A stretch of 61,284 bases of DNA, filler included, from Nemertoderma westbladi (Eukaryota > Animalia > Xenacoelomorpha): the NCBI GenBank assembly GCA_032718475.1. It is 3 parts of 3 records of this genome, joined end to end, with 100 filler letters (N's around TTAATTAATTAA, not from the genome) between each part and the next. Parts side by side here need not be neighbours in the genome. Positions count along the whole stretch, not along the records: positions 30,829 to 51,713 come from JAUCBJ010001334.1; positions 51,814 to 61,284 come from JAUCBJ010002754.1; 1 more part is not named here. One strand, 5' to 3'. Numbering within the stretch: the first letter of the stretch is position 1; each line of letters begins with the position of its first letter. Below the pieces are notes generated by a model. It did not search any database. It had not been told where the DNA came from and worked only from the letters and a program-made list of their open reading frames with translations. A program made the translations under genes and the position numbers. Of this stretch, positions 45,291 to 58,900 are shown piece by piece.

Positions 45291-48164
45291 GATCCAGTAA
45301 TTCAGGCTGAACAAGCTAGAATCTTAAAACTATTTTAAAATGTGAATGAGCTAATTAAATTTTTAGCTCTCAAAGCAAACGGGTCGAAGGTCCGAAAGTT
45401 GCCATCAGGGCCGTTTTCTTGTCAAGGATTTAACTGTTACCCATACTTTTGACTGTAATTTATTGTTTCGGTTAGAATTATGTGCCACTGTAAGTAGCTC
45501 AGTTCCTTAATTAGGTCTCTCGCCCCATCCGGACATTCAACTGGAACCTAAACAGAATATGAGTCGTTTAAAACTCCCGGGTTCTTAATTATTCAGTTTT
45601 TTCGATGCGGTTAATCTGTTAATCGGAATGGATTTCGAGACATTGTTCGTTTTGTCCGTATATAACCAGAACGTATAGGCGATATAAAAACGTTGATCGT
45701 TGATTTAATTTCTTTTATCACCGGCACAATAAAAGTTACGTTACGTCCACCGACTCTAGAAGGGAAGCCAGGTGGTTTCCGTGTTATAGTGTCTCGTCAA
45801 AGGAACGCCAAGACGCATAAATAAATAGCAACGGGCATTGAATCTACCATTCAGTAAACCACGGTATACAATCTAAATTAATTAGCAGCATGTCGGAATC
45901 TATATTGATTGGCTACGTGTAGAAAACGGTAGAGAAAAGATAAATGAATGGAATACTAAAACGAGATCTGTACGCCGTTGGCCAAAAAAAGATTACAAAA
46001 AGGTTTTAGAAAGTTAAATATTCCTTGTAGGGGAGCACTTATAGTTTTTTAAAATATAGCAGTTTTGGCTGGCAGGCTGACTACCATTGTTGCAGTGTAT
46101 CATGTAGGCCTAGCTGATAGATAGTGCCTGTTGTGTTCCGAGTGTGGGAAAAGCTAAATCAGATTACTGTAGTAACATCTAGATATGATCCTTTAATCTA
46201 TACCGTAGGCCTATTGTCACAAATATATATTATAATACTGTAATGTGTAATACACCAACACCATGCACGGTACTGCAGTACCTGCATACCAACAACAGGT
46301 TAACACTGTCAGACTATCAGAGGTATATCCAGTAATGATAACTAGAGTATACTCTCTGTAGCCGAGTAGGGGCACTTGCTCCACGCGGTGGTACTCGTCT
46401 GATCCCGACGTATATATAATCATGGCCCTCTACCTACCCACTAATTATATAAAATGAGAATAAATCGTTATGCGTACAGGCGTATAAGCTACAGGATTGT
46501 CATACTCAAGCGTATCCGTATGCGAGATTCAATGAGGGATCTCATCCAATTTGTATCATGCTGAGAAATGGATGGGTACCAGTATCGTAGGAGGCATCTT
46601 TATCACCATTACCCCAACTTGTCTGGGGAAAAAGCCAGTAACATCTATATCATATAGATGATTGGGGCACTCATAGATTGATGTAATAATGTCTAAACCC
46701 TATTCAAAAATCATGAACCTCTACCACTGCATTCATTATATGGTCGAGAAGCCAAATCCTTGATATCTCAAGTCAATTTAAATATTTCAAACACCATTAG
46801 AGAAATGGATTTCACTGGCTCAATTTATTTCATTATATTTGGTTAGGCCCCATAATCATTTCATTCCAGTATAGAATTTATTTCTTTGAAATGGACACTA
46901 CAAATTGAATATAAACAATTGTGATAGTAAATGATACATGGGGTAAATTTGGAGATCAAATATGCCATATGGGTTTTTGGTTCAATTAATCATATTATCT
47001 TCAAATAAAAAAACTTGATGGGATAGTCATTGTGGCGTGCAAACCGCTTTAAAAAAAAGATCATTTCCTGACCTCAAAGAGCATTATTATTTAGAATAAT
47101 AATAGCTCACGTATGGTAATTTGAGGATTTGGCCTCTCGATGATATTACATTGAAGCATCTCAAAGTGACAATATAAGTTTTATCAGCTTTAAGAATATA
47201 TCTACTTTTCATCAGTTAAGTGAGATTATTAAATAATAATAAATATTGACATCTAATATATAATTATAAAATCAAGCAGGCAAATCCCCAATATCACAAT
47301 ACATGGGTTTATTATATATGATACAATGCTGTTGGAAATGTTGATAGGGTAGGTTTTCCCATGTAATAGCCTGTCAAGATACTATTAATGAATTCATTTG
47401 ATGGATCATATTTGAATGGAAAATATAATTTTGTATATCAATAATAATGCTAGTAACATTCTGTTAGATAGACAAATTATGCAAAGAGGTTTACTAACCC
47501 CACCCCCCAACCCAATAAATATAGTTACAATGAAAATCACCACCCCCAACCCGACCACCTCCCCAAGGTCGCTCCGGTCGCTTCGCTCCCTACGCTCCAC
47601 TATTGCAAAGTTAACAAATTCCCAAGTTCTTTAAAAAATATTATATTTTGAGTATAGGTAAAGATGTATATATTGATATATTGACAAAACTACCCAATGT
47701 ATTCAAAATCTAAATATAGCATTAGAAGTGCATTGTGTAGGAGAACATTTCTTACACTAAAAGATTTTCCATATCTTTTATAGTTTTTGAAATAGTCAGA
47801 CATGAGCGAAGGATATATCAAATATTTATAGTAAAGTCTGATTTCACCGGTAGCTGTCATCCGCAATATGGATTATGATATATCGTTAGAAACAGGTCAT
47901 CAAACATTGTACATTCTGTCTGTGTGCACGTCTGTACATGCACATATTTTCAAAAACAAAATTCGATGATCGGTTCTCGAGTTATCGTCAAATTACGGAA
48001 AGCTAATTTTGGAGGACCATATCTCCGGTACCGGTAGTCCTATTGAGTCAGAATCGATTTTAATCTAATTGAGACATTCCTGTAAGTGTTTTTTAGTTTG
48101 AAAATTTCATTCTAAAATGCATATAAATATTTTTACCAAATTCCGATCTTTCGATCATATTGTA

Positions 48165-49648
48165 GATCAGTTTTGACCTTGAAGAATTAACTTTTTTTTA
48201 ATTTTGTTTAACCTACCCCCCCCCCCCCCCCCCCCCCCTAACTCGATGGTGAGGAACACTTCTGCTGTGTTACACTTTTCGATAGCGTCACTCCTACTGC
48301 CTCCGATTTGCAAAAAAACATGATCTTTTCAGAAATAATTGACAATAATTGAGCCATAATTGACACTGATCAAATGTATCAACGTAAATTTCGAAATATA
48401 CAAAAGTTGATCCTACCCCCAAGCTATCATCAGATGAAAAAAATTTGGGGGTCAAAACTTTCGTTTTTGAGATATTTCGAAAAAAAAGCAGAAATGTTAT
48501 GATTTTTCATGATCAGGGCCTGATCAGGCACTTATCAAATGAAATTGAAATTTCCACAATATGGGAGGTACTACTAAGATTGCTCTACCGAATTCTAAAA
48601 AAAAATATGTGGTGAAGCCTTTCGTTCTCAAGATATTCTTGTTACCGTAACCTGATCTTTTGATCTTTTATGCGATCTTCGGAAGCACTTTTAACCCCAA
48701 AGAATTCATTTTTACTGAAATATTTTTTGAGCTACCCCCACTAAGTCGATGACGAGGAACATTTTATTAATACTTCACTTTTCCATACGGGCAATTCTTC
48801 TGGGTCCTATCTTTTATCAAAACTGATTTTTGAAGATTACGAAAAATCCGAACAAAAAACGACAATTACTGTATATTGACACTTTTAAATATAAAACCAT
48901 ATATTTTACGTCTAATGACAAAGTTTTAAGAATTTCTGTTAGAGTGTTTTCGAGATCTCGGCAATGGCCAATTTTCACCCATTTTGCACTATTGCAGATC
49001 AGTTTTGACCATGAAGAATTAACTTTTTTCTAATTTTTTTTGACCTACCCCCCCCCCCCCCTAAATCGATGGTGAGGAACATTTTTACTGTGTTACACTT
49101 TTTGATACGGTGACTGATTCTGCGTCCGATCTGCCAAAAAACACGATCTTTGTATGATCGGCCATAATTGACACTGATTAAATGTATCAACTAAAATTTC
49201 GAAATATGCAAAAGGTGCTCCAACCCCCAAGCTGAAAAATGATGAAAAAAACTTTGGGGTCAAAGCTTTCGTTTTCGAGATATTTCGAAACAACTGAAAT
49301 ATTATGATCTTTCATGATCAGGGCATGATCAGGCACTTATAATGTAACAAATAGAATTTCCTCGGTATGGGAGGTACTCCGAAGATTGCTCTACCGAATT
49401 CTAAAAACAAATCAGGGGTCAAAGCTTTCGTTCTCAAGATATTTGAGTTACCGTAACCGGATCTTTGGATCTTTTACACGATCTTCAGGAGCATTTTTGA
49501 CCCCCTAGAATTCAACGTTTTTATGCCCAAATTTTGCCCCCCCCCCCCCACCCTTAAGTCGATGGTGCTGAACATTTTTGTAATACTAAATTTTTCCATA
49601 CGGGCAATTCCTGAGTGTCCGATCTTTGATCAAAACTGATCTTTGAAA
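48165..49648. repeat. ~670 bp diverged direct repeat (48165-48835 vs 48995-49648), probably the interior of a non-autonomous DNA element
   Basis: Shared AGATCAGTTTTGACC.TGAAGAATTAAC, TCGATGGTGAGGAACA, CATGATCAGGGC.TGATCAGGCACTTAT and TTTCCATACGGGCAATTC. Confidence 0.8.
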
Positions 49649-50099
49649 ATAAAAAAAAACGGCGCGGTAGAATTCTTTAAAAATGCCAGTTTTCAATACA
49701 AACCCATATATTTCGCATCTAATACTGTATGAAAGTAATGAAATTCTCCAAAGCCGTTTCTGAGAATCACCGTTTTCGGAAATTCCGATTTTTCCGACTT
49801 TGACGGACAATATCTCGACATGACAAAGAACCACCTAAACATATCTAAGCAGGAATCCCTTGTTTCTAGTATTTACTCTACTTGTGTTTTACTGTAGTAG
49901 GCCCCTATGTTTTCAGAATGTGCTAAATTAATCATATAGCTAAATATATATATCAATAGGAAATTGTATAGGAAATTTCTATAAATTATAGGAATTATTC
50001 TATCATGTGCCGAATTTAATGGAGATTTAAAATCTGAAAGCAGTTTTCTCATATCTTTTCTCAAACTCAAGTTATTACCCAAAACGTAAGAGTTAGTCT

Positions 50100-50880
50100 G
50101 GTTTTTGACAAGCCTTCGAGCAGCGCTATAATTTACAATTGTACGGGGCCCTTTTCATTAAAAAGGCTCTCACGGTACAGATATTAATAAAATTGCTAAA
50201 ACGCTGTTTTACTAGTTATCTGTTTAGCAAGCATGAAAAATTTCGTTGAAGTTCATTCATTTTTGACAAAGTCAAAAACGAGTATTGGGCTCGTCGCGGT
50301 GCGTCATGATGTGGTATGTTGGACACACCATCCAACACTTGTTTGAACACGTTAGTCAGCACCAGGATGGGACAGCCAATGATGGGAGCGAACAAGGTAA
50401 GACTGTGTACAACCACATCATGACGCACCGCGACGAGCCCAATACACGTTGGCTGACTGACTGGCGTGAATTGTTTAAACATTTCACCGTAATTGCTAGA
50501 CACCCATTGCGGCCAGTCTTGCAAAAGCTTGAAATGTATTACATCCAAACACGCAAGCCGGTTATCAACAAGCAGAAACGTGACTGGCGCAAGTTTACGG
50601 TGCTGCTTTCCAGTGGTTAGTTACAGTACAGACATATCTTCATTTCGTTACCTGTTCCGTCCCCCTTTGGGAATCTCTCTCTACATTTACTGGCTTGGCC
50701 TCCTGAGAATGCCAGCAGTAGCGGTAATCGGTAAACCTACCGATCAGCTGGCTGTTGTCAGCTGATCACTGATTGCATGCAACGTCTAGGTCTTGTTGCT
50801 TTTTAATTTTTTACATACTTTGGCACTGACATACTTACCGGTAAGATTTTACTTAACGTGCTTGATTAATAAATAAAATA
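50100..50880 (+). mobile_element. Penelope-like element 3' end (GIY-YIG endonuclease remnant)
   Basis: SSAIIYNCT (~50115), then after an insertion WYVGHTIQHL...QH...VYNH...FTVIA...LEMYYIQTRKPVINKQ (to 50620), matching PLE YVG.T...H...H...E...I...P.lN. Confidence 0.75.
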
Positions 50881-51386
50881 CAATTAACTCGTTATTATTG
50901 GATTTTCAAGCTTCTACTTCAATTTTTAACATATATTGTTACTAATAATATAATTTATGACTTTTAGGAACTTTAATAGAAATTATTAAGTAATAATAAG
51001 ATGTTTATTACAAATAGAAATATTGTTAGAAATGCACTAATTAAATATAATTAGTAAATGAACATTAATGATATTGTTGGAAAATTACAGAAAACATACA
51101 GGTAGTTAATATTATCAATAGTGAGATAGTCTCCATCACACTTCTACCATGATGGTGGGACTGTTGGTTAGCAACCCATCAATATGACCACTGTTAGTTA
51201 GGGTTCTGTCGCGTTTCGGCAACTCAAACGCCAACTGAACAATTACGTTTCACCAACTGGGATAGATCTTTTTACAGAACACAAGCGAACACAGTAGAAC
51301 ACACCCGAACACACTCCAAAAACTGCCGAACACAATCGAAAATGTTGAAAGAGCACAAAAGAATAACACCGGGTACCAACTTTTAG

Positions 51387-51713
51387 ATAAAATTAGCCAC
51401 GCGTTGCTTACCTATAAGAAAATTCCCGAAATTATTGATTAAAATTGTCGCGAAATTAAATGCCGGTATTTATTTGACCAAGCTATTCCAGTACACAGGC
51501 AAACAGGCTTATTAGCTAACCCACTATTACTATATATGTGACAGGTACGGTACCCGGTAGGCTTCCATACATAGTTTGTTATACAGTACAGCAATACACA
51601 ACAAATGATAGGCCTACCTGATAAGAAATGAATATTTAATTTCGCGACAATTTTATTCAATAATTTCGGGAATTTTCTTATACTGTAGAAAAGCAATGCA
51701 TGGATAATTTTAT
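51387..51713. mobile_element. MITE-like element with ~75 bp inverted repeats
   Basis: TATAAGAAAATTCCCGAAATTATTGA.TAAAATTGTCGCGAAATTAAAT (51414-51461) is inverted at 51633-51682. The right end abuts the gap. Confidence 0.7.
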
Positions 51714-51813
51714 NNNNNNNNNNNNNNNNNNNNNNNNNNNNNNNNNNNNNNNNNNNNTTAATTAATTAANNNNNNNNNNNNNNNNNNNNNNNNNNNNNNN
51801 NNNNNNNNNNNNN
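51714..51813. other. Assembly gap with artificial TTAATTAATTAA spacer
   Basis: N-run. Confidence 0.97.
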
Positions 51814-53425
51814 AGCAAGCTGGCTGGAAGGAGCCCGGGGGGAAGAATCCTAGCCAATACTAAACTAAACAATTGTCTAAATGGTGTGATGATACATAGC
51901 TGACTTTGTGGCTTGCCCCACATAATAAAAAATGAAACTTTGCTGCCACTAACAACCGAATATTTATAAGAAAATGCCCATGATTCACAACCAGATAAAT
52001 AACAAGTTAGATTTACCAGTACAGGTACAGTTACCTTTCTTTTTGAAAACCATTAGATTTAACAATTAATAGAAGTCTAGGTCGCGGCGAAAAATAATAA
52101 CGCAAATTAAACAACCATACAATCGGCCTACACACTTTTTTATTATTCGAAATAAATTCGCTAACAGAAAATATCTAAACTAATTTATTTATTTACTAAT
52201 TAATCTAAACGAGAAGGTGAACAATTGTTTCTACACAATTAATTATGACGACTTTTATGGGATATGGAATATTTACTGTTCAATAATAATTTACAATCTC
52301 CCATTCCAACACATTCCCAGAGAGTAATAATATCATCAATATAACAAACTAAGTGGATTATAATTCGATTTCTTCAGCCAAGTCCGATAGCTATTTTTCT
52401 GAAATTTATATTGCTAATTTAATTATTTGGCATATTCTGTTTGTGGCGCAGACTATAATAATAATAACATTGTTGACATACAGTCTTTGAACCTTTCAGT
52501 CTTTCTCAGCAGTACTTTGTGGCTCGTCCCACATAATAAAAACTGAAACTTTGCTATGACAACACACCCGGTTCTTTTAAATTTGCGTGATTTGATTTAT
52601 GCTCGCACCACTATTTGTAAGAAATATTAAAACTTATCTTACAGTATGCCAATGTAGTAATGGTATTAAAATATAATTAAATTAATTTACACTATTAATG
52701 CTTCAGCTAAAAAATCGTTTCAGCTAAAAAATCGTATGTAATAAAAAAAATAAGAATATTTTTAATATGTGTATATGTAATATAGGTATTACTGCTAAGT
52801 TAGGCAGTAGGCCAGAGCGGGCTCCTTAAATACATGCAACTACTGTATTATAGTGTAGGTCAACTATAAAACATTTTGCAATCCACAGTGAGTATCGACT
52901 GCAATAGGACACAACACACTGCTTTGTGTAACTAAAATTCATTCTCCTGATCCACCCCCTAACATAGCAGAGTGAGTAACCTTATTGTAGATATACCCTT
53001 AGGAAGCACTGGGAGAGCAATCAGCTTATGGGGTAATACATTAGAAACCAACAGCTTATGTGTGAGTAAACATTGACTTTCCTTATAGCCTACTAGTAAA
53101 ACTTGGCAACCAATACGTTTTACTATGACTGTGTATAACATATTAAGCCATATTTCATCATGAACACCAGCTGTTATTTTACCATTGCTTTTAATTTCGC
53201 GACAAAACAATGTCAAAAAACTAAATATATCGAATACCACACATAGAATCGATCTGAAATTTTGTAACGCGATTATGAACCTCAAAAGCAATGTACTTGC
53301 AAAATTTCATCAAAATCGCCAGGCAGGAAGTGCCTTAACCTAGATAATTATCAGTCAGTCAGTGTCAGTCAATGTAATGTATCCTGAAGATTCTTACAGT
53401 AAGTATCCCGCTGTCAAGCGGGCTC

Positions 53426-54571
53426 CTAATAAGTGGTACGAGAAGAAGGATTTACATTGAATATAGCCTTATAAGTTTCAAGCCATTCAGTTCCAGAAAC
53501 AGTCTTCGTGCAAGCAGTGTCCAAAATGGCATAAATGTCAGTTGTTTTTCTAATGAAGTTATTAGTTTTCTTGGTCGGTTTTGCAAGAAACACGCTATTT
53601 TTAAACAGATGTTTAAGAAAGTAAACATTTCGTTCATTATCTCCAGAATCTTCTCTACACCCAATGAGCATCTTTTCATTATCAGATTCTGATTCATTAT
53701 GCGGACAGAGATCATCTGTATGGAGTACAGACTCACATACATTACATTGAGATTTATGGGGACAATCCCGTTGAAAGTGATATATCGAATCGCAGACTCG
53801 GCAGCGGTTGTTTTTATTAGGGCCCTTGACATTTGAATTAGTAAATGGTAAAGGTAGTTTGCTGGTGTTTATCGAGTTTGGCTTAAACGATCTACTGGTG
53901 CCAGTACCTAGGTTGGATTTGGATTGAAAACGTGACAGTTTCTTATTCCTAAAATTAGCCTCCAAAGCAATTTCAGTTTTTAGTTCTTCGGAATCAAATC
54001 TCGATTCATCGGTGCCTAACTTGGAATTACCAGATCCAATATCCGACATCATTCTCAAAATATGTCGTTTCACGTCATTAAATTCAAGTTTAGCAGTTGC
54101 CAAAATCATTTTGCGCTCACTATTACTTAAATTGGATTTATGTATCAATTCGGCCGCCAAAATAGAATCGTCAAACGTAAGACCAAATTCTTTTAGGTTA
54201 CTCACCATACTCTCGAATTTTATCACAAAGTCACACACATTTTCATTGGAATTTCGACAAAAATTCCGAAATATAACAAAATTGTTGTAGGCATCTTCCT
54301 CTTTTTCTTTTAAAAACGTTTCATCCAATTGTCTAATAAGAGAAGCTAAACCGCCATCCACCGCTAATGCGGGAACGTCTAAGTCCAAAGCTTTATCTTT
54401 GGCAACACCACGAAGATTAAGAATTACTGTAGCTGCTTGTTTCGCCGCTGAAGTTTCTGTTATCGATTCCCAAACTAAGATTTCTTTCTTCCACCGACGA
54501 TAGTTTGGATTCTTTCCAGATGGATCAAATACGGGAGGTGGTATACGATTTGAATTATTACCCGTTGCCAT
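53426..54571 (-). CDS. Ty1/Copia (GalEa-like) Gag + start of protease, truncated
   Basis: YRRWKKEILVWESIT...KQA N-terminus, two CX2CX4HX4C knuckles, protease AILDTACTKTVSGTEWL. Confidence 0.82.
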   Translation of the reverse strand: MATGNNSNRIPPPVFDPSGKNPNYRRWKKEILVWESITETSAAKQAATVILNLRGVAKDKALDLDVPALAVDGGLASLIRQLDETFLKEKEEDAYNNFVIFRNFCRNSNENVCDFVIKFESMVSNLKEFGLTFDDSILAAELIHKSNLSNSERKMILATAKLEFNDVKRHILRMMSDIGSGNSKLGTDESRFDSEELKTEIALEANFRNKKLSRFQSKSNLGTGTSRSFKPNSINTSKLPLPFTNSNVKGPNKNNRCRVCDSIYHFQRDCPHKSQCNVCESVLHTDDLCPHNESESDNEKMLIGCREDSGDNERNVYFLKHLFKNSVFLAKPTKKTNNFIRKTTDIYAILDTACTKTVSGTEWLETYKAIFNVNPSSRTTY

Positions 54572-55017
54572 ATTCTGATTACAGGATTGCCGTTAATCGT
54601 AGTATGTAACCAGAAACACCTTGTCTGCAGTCACCGGTACGGTAGGCCTAGCACCTAGGCCTATACAATCAGACGGTACGGATCAACTGGCACTGTCGTT
54701 TCGTAGGAATTATCAGTGAGGTTGACAGGTTAAAATGTACCGGTACGGTACCGTAGGCTACCGTACAGAAGTTTCAGAATGCCAGAAATCCCTGCGAAAA
54801 ATTGATTCTCACAATACCGATAGGCCTACCGGTAAATAATTAAGAAAGCGTCATCACGCCAGATCCGCCATCACGGAATTGAGGTTAAACGTTAAACGTC
54901 GAACTGGAGCGCCATCACGCCTGCGCCATCACGCAGAATTCAAATGTACCGTCAGACCGTAAAAACTTGCGCCGTCACGCCTGCGCCATCACGCATTTAA
55001 ACCGTAATAAAGTGTAA

Positions 55018-55192
55018 GCTCTGCTACCATTGTTATATTTGAATAATAATCAGTTTGATCGAGTTATTATATTACAGTTTAACCAATATATATAGTCAGA
55101 CAGTTGAATCCAGTTAGATATAGAATCATGAACTGTAGCCTACTGATTACCGGTACGCGGTAACCATACTACCGTACCTATATCAGCCAACA
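55018..55192 (-). repeat. Copia 5' LTR (~55031-55192, TGTTG...TAACA) and tRNA-iMet primer-binding site (55018-55029)
   Basis: Minus strand reads ...ATAACA A TGGTAGCAGAGC. TGGTAGCAGAG is complementary to the 3' end of animal initiator tRNA-Met. The outer LTR boundary is approximate. Confidence 0.75.
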
Positions 55193-55230
55193 ACACATAC
55201 CGTCATCCAGGTACTGTCTACAGTATTAAC

Positions 55231-55845
55231 ATGTTTATTCGAGAGCTGTGTTTATTCGAGAGGGGTTTTTATTTGAGAGGACTGCTTATTCGAGAGGGGT
55301 TTTGTTTGAGAGGACTGCTTATTCTAGAGGAGTGTTTGGTCGAGAGCGTTGTATATTCGAGATGTGTGTTTATTCGAGAGGGGTGTTTATTCGAGAGCTG
55401 TGTTTATTTGAGAGGGGTGTTTATTTGAGAGGACTGCTTATTCGAAAGGAGTGTTTAGTCGAGACCGTTGTATATTCGAGAGGTGTGTTTATTCCAGCGA
55501 GGAGGGTGTTTATTCGAGAGCTGTGTTTATTTGAGAGGGGTGTTTATTTGAGAGGACTGTTTATTCGAGAGGAGTGTTTAGTCGAGACCGTTGTATATTT
55601 GAGAGGTGTGTGTTTATTCGAGAGGGGTGTTTATTCGAGTGTGGTGTTTATTCGAGATTGGTGTTTATTCCAGAGGTGTGTTTATTCGAGAGGGGTGTTT
55701 ATTCGAGAGCGTTGTATATTCGAGATGTGTGTTTATTCGAGAGGGGTGTTTATTCGAGAGGGGTGTTTATTCGAGAGTGGTGTTTATTCGAGAGGGGTTT
55801 TTGTTTGAGAGGACTGCTTATTCTAGAGGAGTGTTTATTCGAGAC
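55231..55845. repeat. 17-18 bp minisatellite (TGTTTATTCGAGAGGGG-like)
   Basis: Directly visible, more than 30 units. Confidence 0.93.
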
Positions 55846-55960
55846 GGATATGTATCGACATGTGGCCCTATCTACTGCCAAACATATCCCTGGTAATATC
55901 ATTTTCACGTTTAAATGAAATGTATTCAATTCACTTTTTAATTTTCTCGGTTATATTTAG

Positions 55961-58900
55961 GTTTGTATCAAATTCATTAAAGAACTCACCGCGTACACTG
56001 TGATGAACTTAACTCTACGAAGTCTTAATACCGGGGAATCCAAGAACTGCACCCATTACTGGTTCAAGGATTGGCCTGACCATGGAGCTCCTGAGTCTGC
56101 CATTGAGTTACTGGAACTGATTCACCAGGATAGTGGATGGAGAACCTCAATATTAATAATTTTCAATTTAATGATTAAATTATTTATAGCCGTTTATTTC
56201 ATGAAATAAAATAATCCTTTTATCTATCCCTCTGTATGGGGTAGATATCCGGCGTGTGGGGCGAGCCACGAAGTGAGCGAAGCCTTAGCATATGGATGCC
56301 ATTGGTGAATTGTCTGTCGTCGTAAATTTTTGATCACTAACAACTCGGCTATTCCTTGATGAAATTAAACGAAACTTGGTATGTATGTAGTCCGTCAAAA
56401 GTTTAGAATCTGAAGTTTGGTCAAAATGGAACGAACGCAACGAGGCACAATAGGAGGACGAGTATTTTGTTGAAGACTACTGACTAACGGCAGACAACTC
56501 TTTAATGGTGCCCATATGGTATAGGTTTTGCTCACTTCGTGTTGCGCGAAGGGCCCACGAACGCGTTTAATATGCCTACTGTACTGTAGTGAGCGAAGTA
56601 ATTGCAGTACGTCAAGGGGTATAAAGCAAATTTTATTTCCATTTAGGCCTACAGTATACCGAACTCTCACACTCAATTAATAGCATTCTATAGCTAAATT
56701 GACAAATTAAACCATAAGTTGTTCAAAAGAATTGCAGGTACTGTAGTTCAATACACAGGAAAGAAAGCTATTAACCAAGCAACCGCAGAATCGGGAAAGC
56801 CACATACTGTATGGTAGGTAGGCGAAAATAGAGCAAGTCATCCTGGTTCCCCGCAGGGAGTTCGAGGTTGTTGGGTTTATATACACAAGCGGTTTGGCGT
56901 CGGCGCGATGAACGGACACGTTTTCACCGTTGTTTAGTAGGCCTATTGGCTACTGCTACAGGGAAACTGTCTCGCTAAATGTTTGTCATTCAGGCTGCGT
57001 TAGATTTCTGGTGTTTAGAGTTTACGGTATTCGTGTACCTCCATTTTAGAAAGTGCTTGCAACATATTTTTGACAAATAGCTAGTATAGTATACCTTGCT
57101 GCTTGGAACACTAGATAGTGTACCAAAGTAGTATATAACTGTTTGGTGTTATACAGTATAACACCGCACAACAGTATACTGCCTAATAATACAGCGCGGT
57201 GAATCTGCAATCAGCTGAAAGTCAGTGTGGGATATAAAGAAAATCGCATGCTTTTAACCCTATTAGTACCGGGCTATAAAATGTTGTACAAATACCGGGG
57301 AGGGGTCATATTGACCCCCCCCCCCCCCCCCCCCCCCCTCTAAAATCTACAAATATTTACGAAAACGTCTGATTTTTTGTTTGTACGTAGGTATCACTTG
57401 TCTGGATCCGACCGAAAAAAAAAATTTTCGAAAAAATGTACTGGTGTGGTTATATTGCAGCACCAAAATTACAAGTAGTGCACAATTTTCACCAAATTTG
57501 AAAGTTACATTTTCGGCTAATTATTTTTCAATACAGGTTTTCTGGGGTGCAAAATACATTGGAAAACATTGAAAAATGATATGATTACTATAAATGGCTG
57601 TTTAGTCCTCTCTGCGTAGGAAAAAAATGAAAAAAACAAGTAACCAGCACTTTTCAGTTAGAACACAAAATTTGTAATTCACTTATACGATGCTATAAAT
57701 TCACATTTTCAGGTTTTCGAGGGCGCTGATTCTAATGGAATACATTTCTAATATGCCAGATCATTGCTACTTGTATTTTTCGGCGTAATTTGGCAAATTT
57801 TGGTGCTAGCACCAAATTTCGTACCCATCACCAAAAAGTACAAGTTTGCGATGTCCAGTGCTGTTTTTATTGATTCCATCGGATTCAGGACCCTCATAAA
57901 CCCGTATAACGCAAGAAACAAGGTGATACTATCTACTTATCAATTTGCATATTTTCCAAAATTTGGTGCTGGCACAACAATTTTCACCCACCGGCGAAAA
58001 ATACAAGTTTGAGAACTCTTATGAAATTTTTACTGATTCCATTGAATTCAGAACCATCACAAACCCGTATAACGCAAGAGACAAGGTGACACAATCAATT
58101 GATATATTTGATGGTTTTCAAAATTTGGTGCTAGCACCAAATTTTGCACCCACGTCCGAAAAAAACAAGTTTGAGATGTCTAGATCGATAATTATATTTT
58201 CCATTAAATTCAGAACAGCCATAAACCTCTAAAACGCAAGAAATAAATTGTCACAAGCAATTTTATCTATTGAATGGATTTTCAAAATTTCGTGCTAGCA
58301 CCAAAATTTGCACACAGCACCGAAAAATACAAGTTTGATACGCTTGGTGCAACTCGTATATATTTCATCGAATCCAGAAACCCAAAAAACCCCAATTGCG
58401 TAAAAAACAAGTTTCAAACGATCAATTTACAAAATTGACTTATTTCGAAATTTGGTGCTGGCACCAAAATTTGGCACCCACCGAAAAAAACAAGTTTGAA
58501 ATTTCTAAATCAATTTATATGAATTCCATCAAATTTCTAACACCAAAAAACCGGTGTAAATCAAAAATAGAGATGTTACAATTCATATTTAATGAAATGT
58601 AATTTTCAAAAAACGTCTCAAAAAAAGTGCCAAAAGTAGGGTTAAAAAATGGTGCTATAACTCGAAAAGTACCCAATATTTTTGAAAACGGTTTTCACTA
58701 CTAGGAAGACAATAGATTTTTAGGAAAAGTCATAAAATTTCAGATTCCCCAGTACTTTTGTTTCAGAATTATAATAAAAAAACCACGGGGGGGGTCATAT
58801 TGACCCCCCCCCCCCCGGGTTTAATAGGGTTAAGAATGAAATTGTTAACCATATTTGTATTAGAGTCGTTCCAATACCCCCATCATTATACTTTACTGTA

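Noticed and set aside
50695-50745. Hammerhead ribozyme in the Penelope 3' region
   Set aside because: CTGAGAA is only a partial match to the CUGANGA core and no properly placed GAAA with stems was found.
55231-55918. Overlapping ORFs rich in YSRGVFIRE
   Set aside because: Translation of a 17-18 bp minisatellite in several frames.
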